The notes below the pieces were generated by a model that ran no database searches, was not told the origin of the DNA, and saw only the letters and a list, made by a program, of their open reading frames with translations. Below, piece after piece: positions 8,368 to 17,427 of a stretch of DNA of 33,083 nucleotides. Made by a program: the position numbers and the translations under genes. The first letter of the stretch is position 1. Every line of letters starts with the position of its first letter. The DNA is from an uncultured Actinomycetota bacterium. Lineage in GTDB: Bacteria > Actinomycetota > Geothermincolia > Geothermincolales > RBG-13-55-18. Where the stretch lies: the NCBI GenBank assembly GCA_964354675.1, contig CAYHAT010000001.1, positions 1-33,083 of the forward strand, in the 5' to 3' direction.

Positions 8368-10401
8368 ATGAAACCGAAAGATCTGGCAGCTGCAATACGC
8401 AAGCGGGGCTGGATGATAATCGTCATCGTTATCCTTTCGGCCCTCATCGCCGCCATTGTAGCTCGCGTACAAACCCCCATATATAAAGCAGAAATAACCG
8501 TCTCCGGCGTAGCGCCCATCAATCCTGCCACCAAACAACCGGATAGCGCCGCTGCCGGCGTCATGGCCTATAACTTCACGTCGATCGCCAATGCCATGGA
8601 AGGTTTAGATATCGCGCAGGCGGTGAGCGAGAGGCTGGCTGAAAACGACATCAACCTCTCGCCGGAGGAACTCCTGGACAAGGTCAAATCCGAGGCGGAG
8701 ATCCAACAATCGTTCGCGAGGGTGACGGTTACAGACGAAAGCCCTACCCGGGTAGCGGAGATAGCCAATACCTGGGGGACCGTGCTCGAGGAGAAAGCCA
8801 GCAACGACCTGGCGCTGCAAGACCCCAATCTTAAAAGCCTTCTATTGGGTGGGTCCTTGAATGTCACCAACCGGGCGATACCTCCCAGCAAGGCGTCCCA
8901 ACCCAAACCCCTGGTCTACCTGGGACTCGGCGTCTTCGTCGGCCTGGTGCTGGGCTTCGGCCTGGTTTTAGGGATCGAGTTCTTCGATCCCCACTTCCGC
9001 TCCGCTCAGGAGGTAGAGGAAACCCTGGGAATACCGGTTCTGGGGACCATCCCCAAACTGAAGAGATCCGAGGCCATAGCCCTGCTCTCATCCAAATCGG
9101 ATCTCTCGCCCGCGTATAACGCGTATTCACGGTTACGTACTACCCTCATGTTCTCGCTTAAGGAGAAGCCGTTCTCCTCCGCCCTGATCGCATCGACGAT
9201 GGCCACTGAGAACAGCCTGTACATCCCGGCCAACCTGGCTATCAGCATGGCTTTCACCGAGAGGGAAACATTGCTGGTAGATTGCGATATTAATGAGAGG
9301 GCGGTCTCCAAGCTTTTCGGGGCTCAGGACAAGCCCGGCCTGGCCGATTCTCTTGTCCAGGGCGAGGGCTTATTGGAAAGGATCATAAAAACCGCTGTGC
9401 CCAACCTCTATCTCCTGCCGGCGGGAAAGGTCTCCGCGCACTCCGCGGACCTCTTGTCCCTGCCCATCATGGAGGAATTCCTGCGCGAGTTGGAGGACGA
9501 GTTCGATAAGGTGATAATCCATGTTCCTCCCCTGGTAACCGCCATCGATGGCGTGATCGCGGCCTCGCTTGTAGAGCTGAGCCTGGTTGTAATCGATGCC
9601 CAGAAATGCACGCGCAACATCGCCCTCACCGCCATGGATAGCTTCAGCCATCTGCATATAACCCCCACCGGGGTCGTGCTCTCCAACGTAAAGATAAGCA
9701 GGCACGAACGCTCCCTTTATGCCCAGAATATCGCGCCCGAACCGGGTGAAAAGAGGGACCCGGCCTCAACGGCTGCGGCGGCCGTTTCGGCCGTGAAGAC
9801 GAAGAAAAAAGCGCCTGAGGAGCCTGCGGCACCGGAGAAGAGGCCCACGGCACCCGCAGCCATTGAGCCCCCCGCAATGGCGACCACGCAGGAGAGCAAG
9901 CCCGCGAAAACCCGCTGGCAAAGGACGAGAAGCGTCGCCCCGGAGACTCCCCTCTCCGACCTTGTTGCGGCCGGCGCCGGCGAGAAAAGCATTTCCCGGG
10001 TCGATACGCCCTCACCCGCAAAGCCGAGGAGTACCGAGGACGAGCTGCAGCAGATGAAGGATAAGGTGGCCGATGATTTCCACCGCTTGGGAGCGACCGG
10101 AGCGCCCATCCCCAAGCAATGGCTGAGGGCTCTGAACTCGGACAAGCTCGATGTAAGGGATTCAGCGAGGGCCGCGATAAGCGCCTATTACGAGTCCTTC
10201 CTGAAACGCTACCGTATTGACGACGACAGCATCAGGCGCATCACCGAATCGATAATAAAGATGATGTGCAGGGAGGGCGAGTTCGCGACCATGAGCGGGG
10301 AGGATGGGCAGAAACACCTGCAGAAAATGCTGGTTGACGCCGGTGCCATATTCTCGGCCAGACCTGCTGCAGGTGGATCGGGCGATGGGGAACAAGAGTA
10401 G
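8368..10401 (+). CDS. Polysaccharide co-polymerase (Wzz domain) fused to a degenerate BY-kinase-like P-loop domain and a long Pro/Ala-rich linker plus helical C-terminal domain
   Basis: Start set at MKPKDLAAAIRKRGW (ATG 8368, GGCGGAGG SD). There is TM1 after the start and TM2 in PLVYLGLGVFVGLVLGFGLVLGIEFFD. A CpsD/Wze-like region follows, but the Walker A position reads STMATENS and the Walker B position reads VIIHVPP. Confidence 0.85.
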   Translation: MKPKDLAAAIRKRGWMIIVIVILSALIAAIVARVQTPIYKAEITVSGVAPINPATKQPDSAAAGVMAYNFTSIANAMEGLDIAQAVSERLAENDINLSPEELLDKVKSEAEIQQSFARVTVTDESPTRVAEIANTWGTVLEEKASNDLALQDPNLKSLLLGGSLNVTNRAIPPSKASQPKPLVYLGLGVFVGLVLGFGLVLGIEFFDPHFRSAQEVEETLGIPVLGTIPKLKRSEAIALLSSKSDLSPAYNAYSRLRTTLMFSLKEKPFSSALIASTMATENSLYIPANLAISMAFTERETLLVDCDINERAVSKLFGAQDKPGLADSLVQGEGLLERIIKTAVPNLYLLPAGKVSAHSADLLSLPIMEEFLRELEDEFDKVIIHVPPLVTAIDGVIAASLVELSLVVIDAQKCTRNIALTAMDSFSHLHITPTGVVLSNVKISRHERSLYAQNIAPEPGEKRDPASTAAAAVSAVKTKKKAPEEPAAPEKRPTAPAAIEPPAMATTQESKPAKTRWQRTRSVAPETPLSDLVAAGAGEKSISRVDTPSPAKPRSTEDELQQMKDKVADDFHRLGATGAPIPKQWLRALNSDKLDVRDSARAAISAYYESFLKRYRIDDDSIRRITESIIKMMCREGEFATMSGEDGQKHLQKMLVDAGAIFSARPAAGGSGDGEQE

Positions 10402-10732
10402 TGGTAAACCCATCCGTACTGGGCGCTGCAGCCTGGGGGAAAACCGCGGGCACAGAAGACGCAAAAGAGAAGGCGACAAAGAACTGCGGCGATATGGAGG
10501 AGCGAGATGCCGGGCTGGATCCCCGGTAACCGGATACCTGGCAACAGTCTGAGGAAACAGAAGACGTAGAGTGGGAATAGAAGAAGGGGTCAGGCTAAAA
10601 CATCAGGCGCCAGCTGACAAGAACTCGGGCCTCAATTCGCGGGGTGTTCTGGCCTGATCCCTGTTTGCTCAAGCCTTGGTGCGAGGCGGGCCTTGCCGGG
10701 GGCAGGGCCTAGGGATCGAAACGGGACCGGTT

Positions 10733-12511
10733 ATGGAGAGAGTCACGAGGGTTTCCAAGAACGCGATAGCCCTGGTGGCGGCCAAGCTCGTCACCTCCGG
10801 GCTCTCCTTCCTCATGGCCATCATCATCAATCGGGAGCTGGGACCGGTCAAAATCGGTATATACAATTATGCCTTCGTCCTCTATACCATATTCCAGGTC
10901 ATTCCGGATTTCGGTATCGGCAATATATCCGTGCGCGACGTCTCGCAGGACAACTCCAAGCTGCATTATTACTTCCGTAACATCGTCGCCCTGCGCCTCT
11001 TGTTGGGTTTGTTGGCCTTCGCCCTTCTCATGACTACCAACCTTCTCACCACCGCCTTATCGGCCCCGGGGGAGCTTACCGCTCAGAGGTTCTGGGCGGT
11101 CTTCGCCATAGCCTTCTGCCTCTTCATCGAGCAGCCGCTGTCCAACACCTTACTGGAGAACTTCATAGCCCTGGAACGCCTCACCGTGGTAGCCCTCGTC
11201 TACCTCATCCTGGGGACAGTGAGGGTAGCCCTGTCCATCTACGTCGTGCTCGCCGGATTCAACCACATACTGGTCCTGCTCATATTGATCTACATACTCT
11301 GCTATCTCTACTCTATTTTCCATTTTTACATCATCTACCATCGCCTTTTGCGGCGTAATAGCGTCCTTTCCTCCGGTTGCTGGGTAAAGAGCGAGGCCAC
11401 GGTGCATATACCGGAAGTGCCGGGCAAGGCGGCCGAGGAGGTCCTGGCGGAAGTGGTGGCCCACGCCCCGACACCTCCCGGTCAGGCGGCTTACGCATCC
11501 CTGGTGGCGGATATCTCATATGCCGATCTTACCCATGAGGAGTCTCCCGCAACGGCCCCGGAAAACCATCCCGTACGGGTATCGACGGGGGAGAATGCGC
11601 CGCCGGGAAATGAGGCGACGAGCCCTCCCTCGGGCCCGAGCGTCCGCCCGTACAACCGGGAATTCTGGTTCTATCTCCTGCGCAGCGCCTGGCCACTGGC
11701 CGTGGTGTCGAGTGGGGTCATCATCTACGCGGTAGTGGAAATACCTATCCTGGCATGGATGAAGGGAGACAAGGAGGTCGGGCTGTACATGGCGTCGGCG
11801 ATGTTCGCAAAGGCCTTCGTTTTCTTCACCCTGGCCATAAACATGGCCGTATTGCCGGCCATCTCCAAGGTAGGTGGCAAGTTCCCAGAAAGATTGGGAG
11901 TAGTGTGGCAAAGGCTGATGTATTACACGCTGGTGCTGACGGTACCGCTGGTGATACTCACCCCGGTTCTGGCCAGGCCATTCCTCATTTTCCAGGCCCA
12001 CGATTACATGGCCGCATACGACGTGGTATGGCTGACCATGGCCGCGATGAACTTCACCTTCCTGACCGCCATAAGCTTCCCCTTCTTCGTGGTCATCGGC
12101 AAGCAGAAACTGCTTACGGGAGTGATCCTGGCGGGCCTGGCGATCAAGGTGACCTTGGATCTCATCGCCATATCTATATGGGGGTACACGGGAGCGGCCG
12201 TTGTGATGGTGATAAGCGAGTTCCTGGTCTTCGCCATGATATGCGTAACCCTGGCACGGGAGCTTAAGCACCGCGTCAATATCCCCGGGTTCGCAGGCAC
12301 TCAAGCAGTCGCAGCGGCCGTCCTCTACACGGTTGCCTTGGTGCTGAACGCCTTGCTCGTGCGCGGTAAGGATACCTTGGCGAGCTCCGCGGTGTCCGCA
12401 TTGATCCTTGCAGCCATCTTGACCGTCATATACTTGGCATTTGCTTTCGCTTCTGGGATGCTTAAGAAAAGCAGGTTGAAGGAGCTGAACGACTGGTTGA
12501 CGGTGGAGTGA
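10733..12511 (+). CDS. Wzx-type oligosaccharide flippase (MOP superfamily) with a long central hydrophilic insertion
   Basis: Start set at MERVTRVSKNAIALVAAKLVTSGLSFL (ATG 10733). The protein is multi-TM throughout. Both halves look typical for a polysaccharide-biosynthesis flippase and are separated by a roughly 105-aa Pro/Ala/Glu-rich loop. Confidence 0.85.
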   Translation: MERVTRVSKNAIALVAAKLVTSGLSFLMAIIINRELGPVKIGIYNYAFVLYTIFQVIPDFGIGNISVRDVSQDNSKLHYYFRNIVALRLLLGLLAFALLMTTNLLTTALSAPGELTAQRFWAVFAIAFCLFIEQPLSNTLLENFIALERLTVVALVYLILGTVRVALSIYVVLAGFNHILVLLILIYILCYLYSIFHFYIIYHRLLRRNSVLSSGCWVKSEATVHIPEVPGKAAEEVLAEVVAHAPTPPGQAAYASLVADISYADLTHEESPATAPENHPVRVSTGENAPPGNEATSPPSGPSVRPYNREFWFYLLRSAWPLAVVSSGVIIYAVVEIPILAWMKGDKEVGLYMASAMFAKAFVFFTLAINMAVLPAISKVGGKFPERLGVVWQRLMYYTLVLTVPLVILTPVLARPFLIFQAHDYMAAYDVVWLTMAAMNFTFLTAISFPFFVVIGKQKLLTGVILAGLAIKVTLDLIAISIWGYTGAAVVMVISEFLVFAMICVTLARELKHRVNIPGFAGTQAVAAAVLYTVALVLNALLVRGKDTLASSAVSALILAAILTVIYLAFAFASGMLKKSRLKELNDWLTVE

Positions 12512-12543
12512 AGGATCATGCAAAAAACGGGGGCAGGTGAATA

Positions 12544-13608
12544 ATGGGGGCGGTGAGATCGTCCAAGAAGGTAAAAGCCGCTGTCATTATCCTGATAGTC
12601 ATGCTCATCGGCATCCTGGCCGGGGGGTGCGGGTGCGTCCTGAAGAGGATCGTCGACCAGGCGACGGTCACCTTTCGCGGCATCGCCGCCAAGAACGAGT
12701 TGGATACGAAGGCTAACGAGGGATACGACGTGCGGGAGGCCCGCGCCAAATGGTCGCTGGCGCTGCAGGCATATATGGCGGAGGATTACGTAAGGGCGAA
12801 CCAGTTGGTGGACGAGACCTATGGCGCCCTCACCAACCTGGAGAAGGTAGCGGAAAGGATATTCTACGAGAGCAGCGACGGACTCGTCGTCTCGGGGCTT
12901 CTCTTCAAGCCCATCCAGGGGGGAGGACCTTGGCCCACCATCATAGTCAACCATGCCGGCTTCGGTACGGCGGGAGATTTCAGCGACGTAGCCCTGGGTA
13001 TCCGCGACCGGGGATATTTGGTTTTCAACCCGGATTACCGTGGCAGCGGGCAGTCACAGGGCCAACACGAACTAGCCAAGGGAGAGGTGGACGACGTCAT
13101 CAGCGCCATCACCTACCTGAAATCCCAGGGCCTGATCGAGGACGACCGCATAGGGATGTATGGCCAGAGCCACGGCGCGGGCATCTCCCTCCTCGCCGCC
13201 GAGCGCTACCCGGGCATTAAGGCAGTGGTTTCGGAGGCCGGGTTCAGCGACGTGGTGGGCATCTACGAACACGCCTTGTCGAAGTCTGACGATCCCCTTG
13301 CGCAGCAGTACTTGGACGAGATGCTGCCCATGGTGGGCGGAACCCCGGAAGAGGTCCCCGAGGAGTACGAGGTGCGCTCTCCCATCCATCACGCGCAGGA
13401 TATACAGGCCGCCGTACTCATTATCCATGGCGAACAAGACCCCTTGCTTCCCGTCGACCAGGCCTACAGCATGTATGATGCATTGAAGGCAGCGGGTAAG
13501 ACGGTCGAAATCAAGATCTACCCCGATGAAGCCCATACCGTCGTGCTGCCGCAGAACCGCGCAGAGGTCTGGGACCTCATGTTCGACTGGTTCGAGAAGT
13601 ACGTGTAG
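12544..13608 (+). CDS. Secreted or membrane-anchored alpha/beta hydrolase (S9 prolyl-oligopeptidase / dienelactone-hydrolase-like)
   Basis: N-terminal signal anchor with a lipobox-like LAGGCGC. Nucleophile elbow GMYGQSHGAG, acid in HGEQDPLLP, histidine in YPDEAHT. Confidence 0.82.
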   Translation: MGAVRSSKKVKAAVIILIVMLIGILAGGCGCVLKRIVDQATVTFRGIAAKNELDTKANEGYDVREARAKWSLALQAYMAEDYVRANQLVDETYGALTNLEKVAERIFYESSDGLVVSGLLFKPIQGGGPWPTIIVNHAGFGTAGDFSDVALGIRDRGYLVFNPDYRGSGQSQGQHELAKGEVDDVISAITYLKSQGLIEDDRIGMYGQSHGAGISLLAAERYPGIKAVVSEAGFSDVVGIYEHALSKSDDPLAQQYLDEMLPMVGGTPEEVPEEYEVRSPIHHAQDIQAAVLIIHGEQDPLLPVDQAYSMYDALKAAGKTVEIKIYPDEAHTVVLPQNRAEVWDLMFDWFEKYV

Positions 13609-13676
13609 CGCGGGGGTCATCCGCTGAGCCGCATATCCCGTCTAAACGACGTTAGCGAGCGATAAGGGTGCTAACC

Positions 13677-14303
13677 ATGAAGGGTAAAAGCGAGGCGCGG
13701 CTGAGGGTTGACCGCATGCTGCAAATGGTGGACCCGCGCCCGGGGAGCAGGGTATTACTCGCGGGGGACATCGAGGGTATGCTGGCGCGTCGCCTCGCCA
13801 TGCTCGCGGGGGTGGAGGTGGTCTGGCTGGAGCCCGGCGGCGAGGCGGAGGCCGAACCTTCAGCGCTCCCGGCTCAGGGTTATACGCGATTGTGGGGGGA
13901 TCTTCACCATCTTCCCTTCCCGGACGGCGACTTCGACGTCATCGCCTCCCAGTTCGCGCTGGAGCATCTAGAGGACGGGCGACGGGCCCTTTCGGAGTGG
14001 TCCAGGGTGCTGAAGGACGGGGGCGTGCTGGCCCTGGCGGCCGGGAACCGCCGCGTCAAGGGAACTCGAGAGAGGCCCGGACCCAGGCCTATGAGGGACT
14101 TCTGTGCCGCAGAGTTGAGGGGGCTCGTCGAGGGGGCCGGTCTCGCGGTTTTACGGGTATCAACCCTCGTGCCCGACCTGAAGCTCCCCGCCCTCTACCG
14201 GGGCGATTACTCTCTATTCCTTTGCCTGGAGAAGATCCCGTGCCTCCGCTCCCGGGGGCGGATTCTCTTCCTGCGGGCCGAGAAACGGCGGGTGACGCGT
14301 TGA
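13677..14303 (+). CDS. Class I SAM-dependent methyltransferase (Methyltransf_11-like)
   Basis: LPFPDGDFDVIASQFALEHLEDGRRALSEWSRVLKDGGVLAL. ATG 13677 is preferred over GTG 13668. The stop overlaps the next start (TGATG). Confidence 0.78.
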   Translation: MKGKSEARLRVDRMLQMVDPRPGSRVLLAGDIEGMLARRLAMLAGVEVVWLEPGGEAEAEPSALPAQGYTRLWGDLHHLPFPDGDFDVIASQFALEHLEDGRRALSEWSRVLKDGGVLALAAGNRRVKGTRERPGPRPMRDFCAAELRGLVEGAGLAVLRVSTLVPDLKLPALYRGDYSLFLCLEKIPCLRSRGRILFLRAEKRRVTR

Positions 14304-15475
14304 TGGGACGGATAAGAGTAGGTCTGGACGGGCGCGCCCTGGGCAACATCAGCCGCTTACGGGGCATCGGGCGCTACACCGCCCGCCTGGTCGAGGCCCT
14401 GGTGCGCGCGGGAGGAGACAACGACTTCGTCCTCCTCGGCTATGGCGAGGGGCCCGATCCCGACCTGCTCGACCCGGAGCTCATGCGAGGGCTGGAATGG
14501 CGCGAGATCCCGCGCACGAGGGCGAGGGGTATATCCTATCTCACCCTGCTCGGAGAGTACTTGAATCTCGCCCGGGCGGTCAGGGGGGCGCAGGTGGACA
14601 TCTTCCACGGCATCGATCACAATGTAACTCCCTTTCTCGATAGCCCCAGCATCGTAACCGTGCATGACCTCATTCCCCTCGTCCTGCGCGGCCCCTACCT
14701 GGGGCCCACCTCCTGGCTGTGTATGCAGGCTCACCACCGCGCGGCGGTGAAGGCCCGCGCCGTGGTGGCGGTCTCGCGCCACACAGCGCGGGACATCGAG
14801 CGTATCTGGTCCATTCCCGTCGAGCGCATAGCGATAATACCTGAGGGCGTGAGCGATATCTATCGGCCGGTGGAGAACGGGGAAACCGTGAGCGATACGA
14901 TGGCAAAGTACGGCATCGGGAGCCCATATCTCCTCTATCTGGGAGGGTTCGATCCCCGCAAGAACATCCACAACATGCTTCTTTCCTTCAAGCGTTTTTC
15001 GCTCCGGGGCGGTGCGGAGCACCAGTTGGTCCTATGCGGAGAAACCCGCGCTTTCGATGCTTACCTGCAGAACGAGATCGAGGAGCTCGGCTTGAAAGGA
15101 AGTATGGTGCTCACCGGTTTCGCGCAGGAGGAGGACCTACCCGCCCTTTATACCGGCGCCGTGGGGTTCCTGTGCCTCTCCCTGTACGAGGGTTTCGGCC
15201 TACCCCTGCTGGAGGCTATGGCCTGCGGCTGCCCTGTCCTAGCCTCGCGGGCGGCCTCCATCCCCGAGGTGGTGGAAAACGCCGCGATACTGGTGGATCC
15301 GCTCTCTCCCACCGATATCACAGAGGGGTTGGAGCGCCTGGTATACGATGGGGATGCGCGAGCGCGGCTCATTGAGAGTGGGCTGCGCAGGTCGACGCAG
15401 TTCACCTGGGACCGGGCGGCACAGCGTATCCTGATGCTTTATCATGAGGTCCAGGAGGGCGGTGGACGAGATTAA
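14303..15475 (+). CDS. Family 1 (GT4-type) glycosyltransferase
   Basis: Start set at MGRIRVGLDGRALG (ATG 14303), a 1-nt overlap with the upstream stop. EX7E region: YEGFGLPLLEAMACGCPVLASRAASIPEVV. The track ORF extension to 13892 overlaps the methyltransferase in another frame. Confidence 0.9.
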   Translation: MGRIRVGLDGRALGNISRLRGIGRYTARLVEALVRAGGDNDFVLLGYGEGPDPDLLDPELMRGLEWREIPRTRARGISYLTLLGEYLNLARAVRGAQVDIFHGIDHNVTPFLDSPSIVTVHDLIPLVLRGPYLGPTSWLCMQAHHRAAVKARAVVAVSRHTARDIERIWSIPVERIAIIPEGVSDIYRPVENGETVSDTMAKYGIGSPYLLYLGGFDPRKNIHNMLLSFKRFSLRGGAEHQLVLCGETRAFDAYLQNEIEELGLKGSMVLTGFAQEEDLPALYTGAVGFLCLSLYEGFGLPLLEAMACGCPVLASRAASIPEVVENAAILVDPLSPTDITEGLERLVYDGDARARLIESGLRRSTQFTWDRAAQRILMLYHEVQEGGGRD

Positions 15476-16979
15476 AAAACAGCGCCCCGTTACCACCCTT
15501 ATATGGGAGGCCGGCCTCGGCACCAGGCTGTTCCTGGTGCTGGGGATAGTCGTGGCCCTGGCCGCGATCGCAGCGCTGTTCTCGTCCTACCTGCCCGCAA
15601 AGATCGCACTCGGGGTGCTGGCAGGCATCATCCTTTTCGTCATCATCTATCACAACATCCAGATCGGCATCATCCTCTTCCTTGCCCTCAACCTGACCAT
15701 CCCCCAGGCCGGCCCGGGCTTGGACATAGGCATCAGGGCGCCGGTGGTGGGAGAGCGGGGGATACACTTCAACCTGCACGAGATCGTCATGGCCTTGGTG
15801 CTCGTGGCCTGGCTCATCCAGGCCTTCCTCAAGAAGACCCCCTGGAGGGAGAAAAGCCCCCTCATCCTTCCCGTCGTGATCTACGTGGTGGTCTCCATCC
15901 TCGCCTGTTTCGTCGGGCTCATCAACGACGCCAAGCCGGGATTGGTGGCCTTCCGCTGGGTGCGCACAGTTTCCTTCTTCTACATCTTCTTCGTCATCCT
16001 GAACAACGTGCGCACGAGGAAACATTACGATCAACTGGTTATCACCTTCCTGGTATGTACTTTCGCCGTCATGGCGTTCGGGGTGGTGCAGCAGATAATG
16101 GGCCAGGGTTGGTCGGAGATGGTAGCAGAGAAATTATTCGGAAAGATATTGGGCTACCCCGCGGACGTCAACTACGTGGCCGGTGCCGGTGCCGGACAGG
16201 TGTACCGTATCAACTCCTCCTTCCTCCATCCCAACATCTTCGGGGGTTACCTGGTCTTCGCGCTGCCCTTCTACATCAGCCTGCTCTGGTACTTTAAACG
16301 TACGTGGATACGGGTCTTTCTGCTTATAGGTCTGGGTATGAATCTCTTCTGCCTCGTTTTCACCGGCTCCCGCGCCTCCTGGATCGCAGCGGGGTGCATG
16401 GTCCTTCTCTACGGGCTCCTGGGGCTTCTCGACCGTAGGATCGTCCTGGTAGTGGCCATAGCCGTGCTCATAGTCGTTCTGATGGTTGCTATCATCAAGC
16501 CCCCGGACTTCGTCAAGCAGCGTTTTGTGGGCGCGAGCGCCAAGCTGGCCACCTCCGGGAGATTGATGCAATACCAACTGGCCATAGATTTCTTCATGGA
16601 AAACCCCATCTTAGGGCTGGGTATAGGCATGGAGGGGCAGAAGATGGTGGAGAGCAACATCCGAAGAACCTGGGCATCGGTGGAGAATGTCTACCTGACC
16701 TATCTGGTATCCGAGGGGCTGGTCGGGCTGACCTCGTTCCTGTTGTTATTGATCTTCTACTGGATCATTCTCCTCTGGGCTCTCAATCGCTCGGGGGACG
16801 ACCCCTTCGTCCATTTCAACGCCGAGGCCCTGATGCTGGGAATGGTCGGGTTTGCCGTCGCCAACCTCTTCGGGGCATGGCTGCTCTTCGCCGTACCCAT
16901 GATCACCCTCTTCTGGTGCTATCTGGGCATGGCGGGAAGCCTGTATAACATCTTCCGCGAAGGCAGGGAGGATTGGTAG
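15444..16979 (+). CDS. O-antigen ligase/polymerase-family membrane protein (Wzy-like)
   Basis: At least 10 predicted TM helices. The central region FTGSRASWIAAG is typical of the O-antigen-ligase (Wzy_C) domain. ATG 15444 overlaps the upstream gene by 32 nt; an alternative GTG is at 15462. Confidence 0.82.
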   Translation: MRSRRAVDEIKKQRPVTTLIWEAGLGTRLFLVLGIVVALAAIAALFSSYLPAKIALGVLAGIILFVIIYHNIQIGIILFLALNLTIPQAGPGLDIGIRAPVVGERGIHFNLHEIVMALVLVAWLIQAFLKKTPWREKSPLILPVVIYVVVSILACFVGLINDAKPGLVAFRWVRTVSFFYIFFVILNNVRTRKHYDQLVITFLVCTFAVMAFGVVQQIMGQGWSEMVAEKLFGKILGYPADVNYVAGAGAGQVYRINSSFLHPNIFGGYLVFALPFYISLLWYFKRTWIRVFLLIGLGMNLFCLVFTGSRASWIAAGCMVLLYGLLGLLDRRIVLVVAIAVLIVVLMVAIIKPPDFVKQRFVGASAKLATSGRLMQYQLAIDFFMENPILGLGIGMEGQKMVESNIRRTWASVENVYLTYLVSEGLVGLTSFLLLLIFYWIILLWALNRSGDDPFVHFNAEALMLGMVGFAVANLFGAWLLFAVPMITLFWCYLGMAGSLYNIFREGREDW

Positions 16980-17209
16980 CCGTACATCGCAGTGTGGCGT
17001 CTCTCCGAAGCCTTTCCAGGCTTATCCCCCCGCAACACGTTACGTCCATGCAGGAAGCGGATTACCTTATCCCGCGTTTCCGGTAACCAACCACGAAGTG
17101 ATCTTTGCTCGAATTGCTCAAACATATATCGGGATTTGACCTACCACATGATAATGAGAAAATCTCTCGTCGCTTCCCTTTCCTATATACTTTGGAGGTC
17201 TTCATATAA

Positions 17210-17378
17210 GGTTCTTCTCCGAGAAGTGTGGGTAGCGGGAGATGATAACTGGGGCAACACTTTGGGGTCAGACCTCAAAAATCTGCCTCTCCACCCGCCA
17301 CAGCTATGTTAATCGTCGCAAACATGAGAGGCAATTTTTGAGGTCTGACCCCAAAGTGTTGCTTCTCGGAGAAGAACC
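17210..17378. repeat. Nested long hairpin element, family A, copy 1
   Basis: Outer inverted repeat 17210-17226 / 17362-17378. Inner arms 17254-17291 / 17326-17362 (about 37 bp with one bulged C). 34-nt loop at 17292-17325. 27-nt one-sided internal loop at 17227-17253. Confidence 0.75.
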
Positions 17379-17393
17379 CAGCAACATGTAAGC

Positions 17394-17421
17394 TTGATTT
17401 TTCCTGGATTTGGGGTATAAT
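17394..17421 (+). promoter_or_regulatory. Strong sigma-70-type promoter (TTGATT-16 nt-TATAAT)
   Basis: TTGATT at 17394-17399 and TATAAT at 17416-17421, in an AT-rich patch. Confidence 0.6.
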
Positions 17422-17427
17422 TTATAC

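Noticed and set aside
14945-14957. tRNA T-arm-like GGGTTCGATCCCC
   Set aside because: It lies inside the GT4 CDS (codes LGGFDPRK). There is no acceptor stem, D-arm or anticodon-arm context.
17242-17388. Small ORFs running through the family A hairpins (48 codons here; 21487..21852 in copy 2) that give similar peptides (..SKICLSTR..)
   Set aside because: The peptide similarity follows from nucleotide homology. Differences between copies are mostly non-synonymous and are paired across the stem. The GGGAG abuts the ATG with no spacer, and the copy 2 ORF runs antisense into rmlC.
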